40,972 nt of DNA, from NCBI GenBank assembly GCA_015486895.1, contig WFQT01000188.1, positions 1 to 40,972 on the forward strand, written 5' to 3'. This document shows positions 1 to 9,800 of the stretch, in pieces (positions within the stretch are counted from its first letter, which is position 1; every line of letters starts with the position of its first letter). Below the pieces are notes generated by a model. It searched no databases, was not told the origin of the DNA, and was given only the letters and a program-made list of their open reading frames with translations. This DNA comes from Anaerolineae bacterium. Its GTDB lineage: Bacteria; Chloroflexota; Anaerolineae; JAADDB01. The position numbers and the translations under genes are program-made.

Positions 1-2
1 AC

Positions 3-638
3 GGAGGTAGTGGGGATGCGCTTCCTCTTAAGTTGGGTAAGAACACTATCGGCCGTCAAGATGACAATGATGTTACGCTGCGCGATTCGACAGTTTCCCG
101 ACATCATGCGGTGATTTTTGTGGAGCGCGATGTGGTGACCCTGCAGGATTTGGGTTCCAGTAACGGGACTTTTGTGAACAACCAGCGTTTGAGCAAAGTG
201 CGGAGCCGGGTAGAGCCGGGTGTCAATATCCGTTTTGGAAATCAAGAATTTACTCTCCGCAAAGACAACGCGAGTAGTGATGATACGGTTCATCAGAGTA
301 ACAAAAGAGAGCCCCAAAACGGATCCGCCCAGGCTAAACAAGTTGATTCTAAGCAACTGAAACCGGCCTTTCTGGTTGATGGTGGAGGGCAGCGCATACC
401 TTTGCAGAAAAAAGAAACGAAAATCGGCCGTAGTCCGGCTAACGATGTAACACTGAATGACCAGGCTGTTTCCACAAATCATGCTGTCATTACTGTGAAG
501 GAGGGGAAGTTTGTCCTGCGCGATTTGGATTCGACTAATGGCACCATAGTCAACGGAGCGAAAGTAAAGGAACATGTATTGCAGCAAGATGACATAATCC
601 AGTTTGGCAAAGCGAAATATGTATTCCAGGTCGGTTGA
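3..638 (+). CDS. Tandem double-FHA domain protein, 5' end outside the window
   Basis: Two FHA motif sets: IGR..TVSRHHA..LQDLGSSNGT and IGR..AVSTNHA..LRDLDSTNGT. The frame is open back to base 3 (GGSGDALPLKLGKNTIGR, paralleling GGGQRIPLQKKETKIGR of FHA2), so TTG33 is probably not the start. Confidence 0.9.
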   Translation, partial: GGSGDALPLKLGKNTIGRQDDNDVTLRDSTVSRHHAVIFVERDVVTLQDLGSSNGTFVNNQRLSKVRSRVEPGVNIRFGNQEFTLRKDNASSDDTVHQSNKREPQNGSAQAKQVDSKQLKPAFLVDGGGQRIPLQKKETKIGRSPANDVTLNDQAVSTNHAVITVKEGKFVLRDLDSTNGTIVNGAKVKEHVLQQDDIIQFGKAKYVFQVG

Positions 639-693
639 GTACGCTCGCTGACATTTTAGCCACCATCAGATTCGTGATAGGAGGAAAAGAAAC

Positions 694-3642
694 ATGAGAA
701 AGTCATTCTCTCAGTATTATTGGAGTGTTGTTGTCCTCATTGCAACACTTGTGATCCTCGTGTTGATAGGAGGGTATACCACGCTGGCTATGACAGAGAA
801 AGCAGACGCCGCAACTACAATGTTCAAGCCGAAGCCTCTAGATGTTATTCTGGTTGTTGACCAATCGCACAGTATGTTCACGATTAGCGATCCTTCCCAG
901 GTCATTACAGATACTCAGGGGAGGCCCATTGGTGAGATTCCTCCTGTGCGGCAATTGGCAGCTCAGTATTTCGTGGATTATTTGCATGTGGATCAAATAC
1001 CCAGTGTCGAAAACAGGGTTGGCATAATTTACTTTGGAGAGAAACCCGAACTGGCAGCTCCCTTGACAAATGTTTCCACGGATCAAAATGTCAGACACTT
1101 GCACGATATATTAGAGGCAACACCCCCTGATTTGCATTGGACAGACACAGATGCCGCTTTCGAAGAAGCTTATAAGGTACTATTCAAGAGTCCCCAAGCC
1201 GATTCCAGCCACGAACACGTGGTTGTGTTCCTCTCTGACGGGCTTCCCCAGATTATCTATCCCTGGCCCATCGAAGACAGCACGAAAAAAGATGGGACGC
1301 CATTAGAGGGTAAGAGAAGTTACTATCTGCGTCACAAGAGGATTATCGAGCAGTTCAGTGAGAAAGGGGTGAGGTTTTATACTATTATTATTGCCAAGAC
1401 CGGATATGTGGATTACAACGACAAAGCACTCCAAGACCCTAAAATGGCCGGGCTTGGTTTCAAGAACTTCGCAAATCTGTGGCAGCAGGCCGCGACCGCG
1501 ACGGGTGGAGATTATTTCCGCTTGAGCGTTGGCAAAAATAACAGTCTGAAGCGCTCGGACCTGTTGGCGATTTACCACGCCATTTTGGCCAATCTGCTAA
1601 GTATTTCGCCATTACAGCGCTACCAAGGGGGGGTAACCGCCCCTGACCAGACTGTGCCTATTACAGTCGGTAAATGCCGGAAATTGTTGATTACAGTGCA
1701 GAAGGGCGAGAGTAATACCGAGGTTAGTCTCAAGACACCGGATAACCAGCTCATTCCTCCAACTACGGTGCGATCGACTTATGTGATCTACAAAGTGGAG
1801 AACCCCCCAACAGGGAGTTGGTGGCTTCGTTTCCAGGGCGGGCAGGGGACAAACTACAATGTCAGCCTGGATTGCGCGGATATTACCCTGCAGGCCAGGT
1901 TTCTCTCTCCGGGAAGTAGTTTCCAGCAATGCAAGCCCATGCCTATAGCTGTTAAGCTGGTTTCTGAAACCGGGGAACCTGTGAATGATGCACTGGTGGG
2001 GGTAAATATCCTTCTTCCTGATGGTAGCACGAAATCTTTGGCTTTGGACAATCGCGGACAGGGCTTGTATCAAAAGACATTCACAGAAACTAAGCAAGAG
2101 GGGAAATATCAACTTTCTTTGGAAGGTCATCAAGGAGATAAGATTGCCAAGCGTGAAAAGGGAGTCTCCTTGTTGGCTGTACCTTATTTAAGTCTTATCA
2201 GCCCTAAGTCCGGAATTCAGTTGCCGGGTGGCACTCTCTCCGTTGAGGCCGGGGTGAAAGTTGCGTGCGCATTAGCCTCGGGAGATGCGGATATCAGTAA
2301 CGGGAAGGCTACGGTTCGCACTTACCTGATCAGAAGCGATGGCACTAAAACGGCGCCCATCGAGCTTGTTGACGACGGGCGCAACGGTGACCACAAAGCG
2401 GGCGATGCTGTTTTCACTGGCGCTTTTTCTCAAGTTCAGAAAGGTGCATACGCTTTGGTGGTGGACCTCGCGGTTCCGGCGTTGAACGTTCAAGATCACA
2501 TCAAGGAGCAGATCACAGTAGGGATGCCGCCAACAAAAACACCTACGCCTACGGAGACACCTGTCCCCACAGCTACGCCAACTGCCACGCCGGCAAATGC
2601 CGGCCATTGGGTCGGGAAAAACAACATCACTGTTCGGGCCGGTACAAAGGGAGAAATACCATTACACTTTAACAGTTCGGGCTTGAAAGACGGGCAAGTA
2701 GTGCGCGTGAAACTCACAGGCGTGCCGGCCGGGCTGGCCCTGCATACGGACCGGGTCCAGATCTTGCCGGGGAAGAAAGACACAACTGCAGTACTTCATT
2801 TTTCGGTGGCGAAAGAGTTAGCGCCGGCCAAAGGTAAAAGCAAGAAAGTCTATGCCGGTACTTTAGAGTTGACCTATCCTGATGGCAAGACTAAGCATGA
2901 TCAGATAAGCTTCACAGTCTTGCCGCCGCCTACCTCTCCATGGGCGTATATCATCATTCTGGTAGTACTGTTGGCAATTGTCGGTGGACTACTTGGTGCG
3001 TACGTTTTCGTCCACGGACGTGGCCAGTTGGTTGGCAGGCTGGTATACGATAGTGCACCGGAAGGCACCGACACGTCTGATATTGACTTGTATGGTAACA
3101 AGTACGATCTGACACTGGATGAAATGCCAAGCTATGAAGAGGGAGAGACTATCCCTGAAGCAGAGAGCGACGATAATGACGGTCTTGGTGGGTACGATAG
3201 CTATGAGGAAAACGACAGCGTGGGGCCTCAAGATGAGCCGTTACATGCAACACTGACGTTTTTCGCTCGCCGAGGAAATCAGGAGGCGGTCTTGAAAGTT
3301 ACTGAAAGTAATAAAGCTGTCTCTGTTAACGGCGGTCTGCTAAGTCAAGGAGAAACCAAGAAACTAAATGATGGGGATATCATTGAAGTGGGTAGTTACA
3401 AATTGCACTATGAATATTTAGGTGTTTCCGGAAATGAAGATGAAGGTTGGCAGACAGAAGAAAACGGATGGGATACAGGGGAATACGGGGATTATACTGA
3501 AGGAGATGACACGGGTGAATACAGTGGTGGCGGTTTCGGAGACTCTGACCAAGGAACTGGATACGACACTGGTAGTTCCGGTGACTATGATCAGGGAACT
3601 GAATACGATGACAGCGGAAATGATGGTTACACAGATTATTGA
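694..3642 (+). CDS. Membrane-spanning vWA-domain protein with Ig-like domains, Pro/Thr linker, TM, degenerate FHA-like domain and acidic tail
   Basis: AGGAGG RBS at 679-684. N-terminal hydrophobic segment; MIDAS DVILVVDQSHS..T..VFLSDG; LVDDGRNGDHKAGDAVFTG (choice-of-anchor-X-like); TPTPT linker; TM WAYIIILVVLLAIVGGLLGAYVFV; VNG..LNDGDIIEVG FHA-type end; D/E/G/Y-rich tail. Confidence 0.85.
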   Translation: MRKSFSQYYWSVVVLIATLVILVLIGGYTTLAMTEKADAATTMFKPKPLDVILVVDQSHSMFTISDPSQVITDTQGRPIGEIPPVRQLAAQYFVDYLHVDQIPSVENRVGIIYFGEKPELAAPLTNVSTDQNVRHLHDILEATPPDLHWTDTDAAFEEAYKVLFKSPQADSSHEHVVVFLSDGLPQIIYPWPIEDSTKKDGTPLEGKRSYYLRHKRIIEQFSEKGVRFYTIIIAKTGYVDYNDKALQDPKMAGLGFKNFANLWQQAATATGGDYFRLSVGKNNSLKRSDLLAIYHAILANLLSISPLQRYQGGVTAPDQTVPITVGKCRKLLITVQKGESNTEVSLKTPDNQLIPPTTVRSTYVIYKVENPPTGSWWLRFQGGQGTNYNVSLDCADITLQARFLSPGSSFQQCKPMPIAVKLVSETGEPVNDALVGVNILLPDGSTKSLALDNRGQGLYQKTFTETKQEGKYQLSLEGHQGDKIAKREKGVSLLAVPYLSLISPKSGIQLPGGTLSVEAGVKVACALASGDADISNGKATVRTYLIRSDGTKTAPIELVDDGRNGDHKAGDAVFTGAFSQVQKGAYALVVDLAVPALNVQDHIKEQITVGMPPTKTPTPTETPVPTATPTATPANAGHWVGKNNITVRAGTKGEIPLHFNSSGLKDGQVVRVKLTGVPAGLALHTDRVQILPGKKDTTAVLHFSVAKELAPAKGKSKKVYAGTLELTYPDGKTKHDQISFTVLPPPTSPWAYIIILVVLLAIVGGLLGAYVFVHGRGQLVGRLVYDSAPEGTDTSDIDLYGNKYDLTLDEMPSYEEGETIPEAESDDNDGLGGYDSYEENDSVGPQDEPLHATLTFFARRGNQEAVLKVTESNKAVSVNGGLLSQGETKKLNDGDIIEVGSYKLHYEYLGVSGNEDEGWQTEENGWDTGEYGDYTEGDDTGEYSGGGFGDSDQGTGYDTGSSGDYDQGTEYDDSGNDGYTDY

Positions 3643-3747
3643 TAACCGTGTTCGACAATTACGCTGCCTTTGGGACATGTCATGTAAGTAATGGAGATGA
3701 TTAAGTCATTGTCATAAGATATTCAGCCAAACTACAGGAGGATGAAA

Positions 3748-6507
3748 ATGGCATATTACGATGATGTTGCTGCAGGCGAAGAAGAAGAATTGGCGCCAGA
3801 AGTGACCATGGAATTCCGACCGACATTGATTATTGGCTTGGGTGGTACAGGTCATGAAATATTGGTACGCTTAAAGGCCCGGTTTTTGGACACGTACGGA
3901 GAGAAAATCTCTCACGTCATTAAGTTGATCTCGTTCGATACGGCGGACGAAAGCATTAATGTGGTTTCGGAAAAAGGGCGACTGGTAAGTCTTACCAAAG
4001 ATGTGGAGTTGGTCAACATTGGTCACGTTCCGGTGGGCAGTATTCTTAGAAATTTGGATCGTCACCCGACCATCAAGGCCTGGTTGCCTACCAATCTGCC
4101 GGTGCGCGCTATCACGGCTGGCGCTAAAGCAATCCGCCCTTTAGGGCGGTTAGCGCTTTTCTATCATTACAGCCAGGAGGCGCGCGTCCGTGATCGCTTG
4201 TTGACCTCGATTCGCTCTTTGACGAATATAAAGCTCAAAGGCGAAGTAGGGGAAGGCGCTGTTGTCGCAAAAACGCGAGGGTTGAATGTCTTCATCGTTG
4301 CGTCTGTATGCGGTGGCACTGGAAGCGGTACCTTTATCGATATGGCTTACTTGACCAAAAAGCTCATCGAGAATAACGGCATACAACCAGAATTTTGTTT
4401 CATAAATGGGATGTTGGTACTTCCCCAAGCGTTTGCCATGGTTGCTTCGGATGCCATTATGGCCAATGCTTATGCTTCCCTTCGCGAATTGAATTACTTC
4501 TCGAAAGAGGGTAACTATTATGCGAAGTATCCAGATGGGTTAGAAGTCCAAATTCACAACCGACCGTTTAATATTTGCTATCTCATCGATGCTGTCAATG
4601 AAAATGGTAAGACATTGACCGGCTTAGAGGATTTAGCTCCGATGATCGCTGAGAGTATTTTCCTGCAAATTGGCTCTCAGGTGGGTAAGGCCACGCAAAG
4701 CGTGTTCGATAATGTGAAGAGCCTGGATCGCATGGAGAACGGGGAACCTACAGCATTTAGCAGCTTAGGTACGGCGTCTTTGGTTTTTCCGGCCAAACGT
4801 ATCATTGAGGTCTGTTCGTATCGTTTCGGCCAGGCTTTGATTCGTGAGGCTGTCACGCATGATCCTGACAAGGGAGCAGTGCCGGAGCTTGTACGCCAAT
4901 TCCAAGAGAAAAGTCATGTGCTGCCGAAGGCACTTCTAAGTGATGTGATGCGTGATCCGAAGGGGCGAGAAATCAGGATTGGACTGGAAGCCAGCAAAGA
5001 GATTCGTGACGCTAATCGTGAAGAGGTATTGAAGCGGACTGAATCATTTGTCCAGAATTTCGAAATCCGACGCTTGAATGGCGATTACATGAAATTGGGT
5101 AATAGCAATGCCAAACGCATAACAGCTAAACTACGCCAAGACTTGGTTGCCGAAACGCACAGAATCGTTGATGATCCTCAGCTAGGGCCTGTGCTGGCTG
5201 TGTTGTTCCTGGAAAGGCTGGATACTGAGTTGAAGAAAATGTTGGCTGCACTCGATAAAGAGCGGCAACGACTCAGCGGGCAACTAAATGCCGTAAAGAA
5301 GCAAATCAACGGTGTGAAAGCCGGTTTTACGGCTGCCTTGAATTCGTTTCCATTGGGAAGAGGTGGACGCATCGCCAAAGCTAGAGATGAATATCTCTCG
5401 GTACGGCAAAAACAGTTCACGCTCCAGCTCGAGATCATGAAGCGCAACCTTATTCTCGGCGCTTTGTCAGATTTCGACAGTGAGGTCGCAGAGTCGAGAA
5501 AAGCCGTCGGTATAATGGTCGACAAGTTTAACGCGGTGGCTCACCGTTTCGAGCGGGAGGAAAAGGAAGCACGAAGGGGCGAACGTTTTGCTCAAATGGT
5601 GCTGACAACGGAGATTACCGATGATAAGGACTTGGACCGCTATTATGGCGAACACGCAGGGGCGGTAGCTGAGAATTTCAACCGCTACCTGGAACGGATC
5701 GGCAGCCTTTACGATATAGGAAAGAAAGATGAAATAACCATTGGCAGAAGCATTTTTGAATTCTCGCAAGGTCTGTTCCAGCCTCTCTTCGATATTCATT
5801 TGGAAGACCTGATTCGCGAGAAACGACACGCCATATCGCCAGAAGAGCGGCTGGAAGATTTGCGCACGGATTCAGTGCCATTTTGGAATTATGAGGCTGC
5901 TAAAATGACGGGCGGTGGCGAGATGGAATCCATTCGCGTCATTGGCGTTGAGGACAAGAACACGTCTCTGTATCGGGATGCCATTCGCAAAGGGGAGACT
6001 TTGATTTCCACACGAGATCCCCATCGCCTGACCGTTTTACACTCGAAGCATGGTTTGCCACTCTTCGCATTGCGTCAACAAGACTTTTACGCGAAGAAAT
6101 ACGAAGAACATTTGCGGAAACGCGTCAGTCCTTTGCACCTGTTTCCTGATTTGCCCTGGTTGGAAGGTGAGGAAGCTGCACACCAATGGTTTGCTTTGGG
6201 TCAGGCTTTTGGATTAATCAAGAAAATTGGTGTGTGGTACTACTGTCAGCCCAAAGACAGTTTGGAGGTAGAGGTCAAACTAGATCAAGGATTGCGTCAG
6301 TCATTAGATGCGTTCACTCAAAACCAACAGCTCATTGATGACATCAAAGGACAAATTGAAGCCAAAATCAGGAATATGGGGAACAAGAAAGCTATAGAGG
6401 TTTTGCAGGAATATCAAGACCGCGCTTTGGCTCGAGATCCCGAAGTGCGACAACTGGAGATTCATTTGAAGAAACTGGTTAGGGAATTTGCTAACCAGAT
6501 GGAATGA
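3748..6507 (+). CDS. Tubulin/FtsZ-like GTPase (Tubulin_2/FtsZl1 type) with long helical C-terminal region, predicted active
   Basis: PTLIIGLGGTG (T1), GAKAIRPLGR (T3-like), VASVCGGTGSGTFID (T4 signature, 4312-4329), ANAYASLRELNYF, PFNICYLID. AGGAGG at 3736-3741 favours ATG3748 over ATG3742. Confidence 0.9.
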   Translation: MAYYDDVAAGEEEELAPEVTMEFRPTLIIGLGGTGHEILVRLKARFLDTYGEKISHVIKLISFDTADESINVVSEKGRLVSLTKDVELVNIGHVPVGSILRNLDRHPTIKAWLPTNLPVRAITAGAKAIRPLGRLALFYHYSQEARVRDRLLTSIRSLTNIKLKGEVGEGAVVAKTRGLNVFIVASVCGGTGSGTFIDMAYLTKKLIENNGIQPEFCFINGMLVLPQAFAMVASDAIMANAYASLRELNYFSKEGNYYAKYPDGLEVQIHNRPFNICYLIDAVNENGKTLTGLEDLAPMIAESIFLQIGSQVGKATQSVFDNVKSLDRMENGEPTAFSSLGTASLVFPAKRIIEVCSYRFGQALIREAVTHDPDKGAVPELVRQFQEKSHVLPKALLSDVMRDPKGREIRIGLEASKEIRDANREEVLKRTESFVQNFEIRRLNGDYMKLGNSNAKRITAKLRQDLVAETHRIVDDPQLGPVLAVLFLERLDTELKKMLAALDKERQRLSGQLNAVKKQINGVKAGFTAALNSFPLGRGGRIAKARDEYLSVRQKQFTLQLEIMKRNLILGALSDFDSEVAESRKAVGIMVDKFNAVAHRFEREEKEARRGERFAQMVLTTEITDDKDLDRYYGEHAGAVAENFNRYLERIGSLYDIGKKDEITIGRSIFEFSQGLFQPLFDIHLEDLIREKRHAISPEERLEDLRTDSVPFWNYEAAKMTGGGEMESIRVIGVEDKNTSLYRDAIRKGETLISTRDPHRLTVLHSKHGLPLFALRQQDFYAKKYEEHLRKRVSPLHLFPDLPWLEGEEAAHQWFALGQAFGLIKKIGVWYYCQPKDSLEVEVKLDQGLRQSLDAFTQNQQLIDDIKGQIEAKIRNMGNKKAIEVLQEYQDRALARDPEVRQLEIHLKKLVREFANQME

Positions 6508-6541
6508 AGTGTTCGGCGGCGGTTTTTCTAAGGGTAACTAT

Positions 6542-6620
6542 TACCAGCCCGATTTAATGGCTGTTTTTGAGAATGACCTCCTTGCCAAACAGTAATTTCC
6601 AGCAGAGACTCGGGCTGGTA
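6542..6620. repeat. Perfect 11-bp inverted repeat with a 57-nt spacer between the two tubulin-like genes
   Basis: TACCAGCCCGA (6542-6552) and TCGGGCTGGTA (6610-6620). Confidence 0.6.
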
Positions 6621-6884
6621 GCATTCAGCAATGGGAATTACAGCGACAATTCGGGGAAAGACTGTTATTGATTCAGAACTGCATTAATGTGTGTTGGCTC
6701 TAAAGTGGTTGCTGCAAGCCCATTTTACAGACCATGCGGTTTGAGCCATCATATTTGACGCATGTTCTTGTTTGTGTCTCCAAGAATTTGGTGTATTCTG
6801 AACAACTCGGGCGAGGAATCAGTTTATCAGACGAAATTAGCTTTGGGTCAGACTCCGATGATTGTGGAGAAAAGAGGTGCTGCA

Positions 6885-9800
6885 ATGGAAAGAACGATAA
6901 GACAGGCATTAATTGTAGGTATTGGAGATACCGGGATAGCAGTGCTTTCAAGACTGCGGGAACGCCTTGTCCACTTATCAGATGGGAAAGGAGTTCCTGT
7001 CATATCGCTTGTTGGGATCAGCGAAAATGGTAACTTTCCGAGAAACGAGCTTCCTGCAGGAGAGGAGGTACAGCCTATCCATCAAATTACTTTGTCCGCA
7101 AGATCTGTAGATGATGCTGTTTTGCAATTGCTGTCACCCGAGCTTCAAGAAGCAATCATAGCGATGAAACCGGCTGGACAATCTGAGGCGTCTACCCGGT
7201 TGACCGGTTGGCTGAAGTTTTTCTCTAACGCGCCGTTTATCGAATCCACACTCCGGCAATGGACGTTGCAGGTCATAGACACGGCCGCCAAAGATAAACT
7301 CAAGAACATGGGCATGGGAGTTCATTCCACTGCGGCCCTGGATGTTTTCGTTGTTGGGGCATTAAGCGATCCTTTTACCAGCGGCACGTTAGTCGAGTTT
7401 CCCTACTTGCTTCAGCATATTTTGGAACATCAGATGATTGCGGAACGCATAACTAAGCGTTACGCCGGTGTTCTTTTTTTACCGGTTTTTGCCGACGAGA
7501 CTCACGATGGTGAAGATATTAATGAACGTCGTAAGAGAGAGTATACGCAACAGGCTAACACCTATGCCGCTCTAAAGGAACTGGACTATTACATGGACCA
7601 GGGGCATTACAAGATGAGTTTTGATCCGGGGTTGCGAGTAGAACAGATTAGGGCACCTTATGACTACGTTTATTTGGTTGATGCGGTGAATGAAGCCAAT
7701 CAAAGGATCCCTACCCGCTCTCAGATGACCGAAATGGTAGCTGAATGGTTCGATCAGACTTTGACCACCACAATGGGCGAAGAACTGAGCAAGCAAAGTA
7801 CGCAAGGCGGAATAGCGCGTTCCTTTGGGAAATTGGCGGTTTACAGCGGTTTTGGGCTTTCAGCCTATATTTTACCTGTGGAAGAGACTATTGACGTTGG
7901 TGCAATCCGTTTGGGGCTGGATATGCTGGGTCGCTCTAAGGGGTTGTTGAAAGAGCAGCCCCCGGAAGCCATCGAGCCGGTCGTTTTCTCCGCAGTAGAT
8001 AAGGACGGGGTTGTCGCTCGGCTGCGTAATGGTAATGGGGGCGACAAAAAGATTGCCGCTTATACAAACCAATTTGACAAGCCTTTCCGGCATATGGCCC
8101 CTTACGACCTGAAAGCCTTTTTTGAGACGGTTTATAAATCGTTTGGACATAATTACACCAGGCTTCTGCCGGTTATTGAAAGGAATATGGCGACTAATCT
8201 GGAAGACCTTCTCGATGAAAAACAAAAAGAGGTCGAAGACAAAGCCTTTGAGCTGATCGATGATAACCATATCGGCGGTATTTCCCTGGCTATCCGTGCC
8301 TTGCAGTCACTGACGGAGCGTTTGAATAAGTTAGTCGCTGTAGAACGCGGGAACTTGGACTTGATAACTGGTCAATTGAAAGAGGCAACTGAGGATGTGA
8401 CTAAGACACAAGCAGCTCATGTCGCTGCTGTTTATGCTTTTTATCCGGAGGATTGGAGAGAGCAGATCGTTGTCTGGGGTGGTTTGATTGGTTTCTTGGT
8501 ATTTTCATTTTGGCTGTCTATTACATCGTTTCTGTTCGCTAAAGACAATTTGGCTGGTTTAGTTGCTGAGTGGAGCGGCGGTGATCTAAGTTTTTTAGCT
8601 CGCGCTGGCTTACAACTGGCTACTTTTCTCTTCCTTATCGCGGCTCTGTTTGCTGTGGGCGTGGCCGGATATAATGCCTACCACTGGTGGAAGCGTACTC
8701 GCTCTAATTATGTCTCTACCCTAAAAACAAGATTGACAGATGCTCTAAAGAAGGTTGTGACCTCTATGACGCTTCATTACTTTTCCGCTATAGAAAGGGT
8801 GAGTAAAGAGGTCAACGGCCAAGTTGTAGATTTGCGGGATAAAGTGGAAACCGTCCAGGATGCGTTGCAACAACGGTTTGCTGCGCCTCATGCGTTGTAT
8901 GGTTCGCGACGTTTCTTGCTGGAAGAGTCTTTACTGACGGAAGAAGATTTTGATGAGTTTTATGAAGAGATTGTTGGGGGTTCTGTCGAGGACGAACTCT
9001 ATAGATTCTCCCAGCCGGAGCAATATGGCACTATTTCCGGATGGCGGGATATGGAGCCGAAGGAAATAGAAGACAAGTTACTTGCGTTTGGCAGGGGATA
9101 TCTGTCTCCGGGATTGAAGGAAAAGGATGTCGAGACGCTTTTAGTCAAACATGCTCAGTTGAGTGAACCCAACGAATCTGGAAGACACCCTTACTCTCCA
9201 ACGGCCAATGATGAGGATGCTAAGATTCGTGCTGTACAAGAGAAAATGAAAGATTTGATCGACTCTGCCAAGCCATTCTTGCGCTATAATTCCACGGCAC
9301 TTGATACAGCGGTAAATCCGTCGTTGATTCAGGTAGTTGGTTTTCTCCAGGCTAACAATGATGATTCTTTGGTACAAAAAGCGGTGGAGCAAATTGGTAT
9401 TGGCTCTGGGGCAACAATCCAAACAGTGCGTGTACCCGATCGCTATCATATTATTTCCATGTCAGTCCGGCATGGCCTGCCTTTGTCTGCCGTTAGTATG
9501 CTTGCGAGTTATCGAGAACAGTATAGCCGGTTTCGGGCCAGGAATGAGGTAGGTTTGCATGCCCAAAGCAAGTATCTTATGTTGCCGGATATTTTCCCCC
9601 TCCGTTTCGAGGGAAAGATTATATCAGAACCGCAAGAAGCGGTTGCTCTGGGCCTCGCTTTTGGCAAAGTGCACTGGAACTCGCGCCAAAAGCGCTACGA
9701 GTGCCAGTATCATGACAATTTCCTGGAAAAGAATATTGTCGTGCCTCTGGGAGAGGATAAAACTGCCGCCACAATGTTTCTACAAGAGCACGTGGAGATA

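Noticed and set aside
3748-6507. Calling the tubulin-like gene ftsZ, tubZ or phuZ
   Set aside because: It is 919 aa with a long helical extension and Tubulin_2-type motifs; there is no dcw, plasmid partition or phage context.
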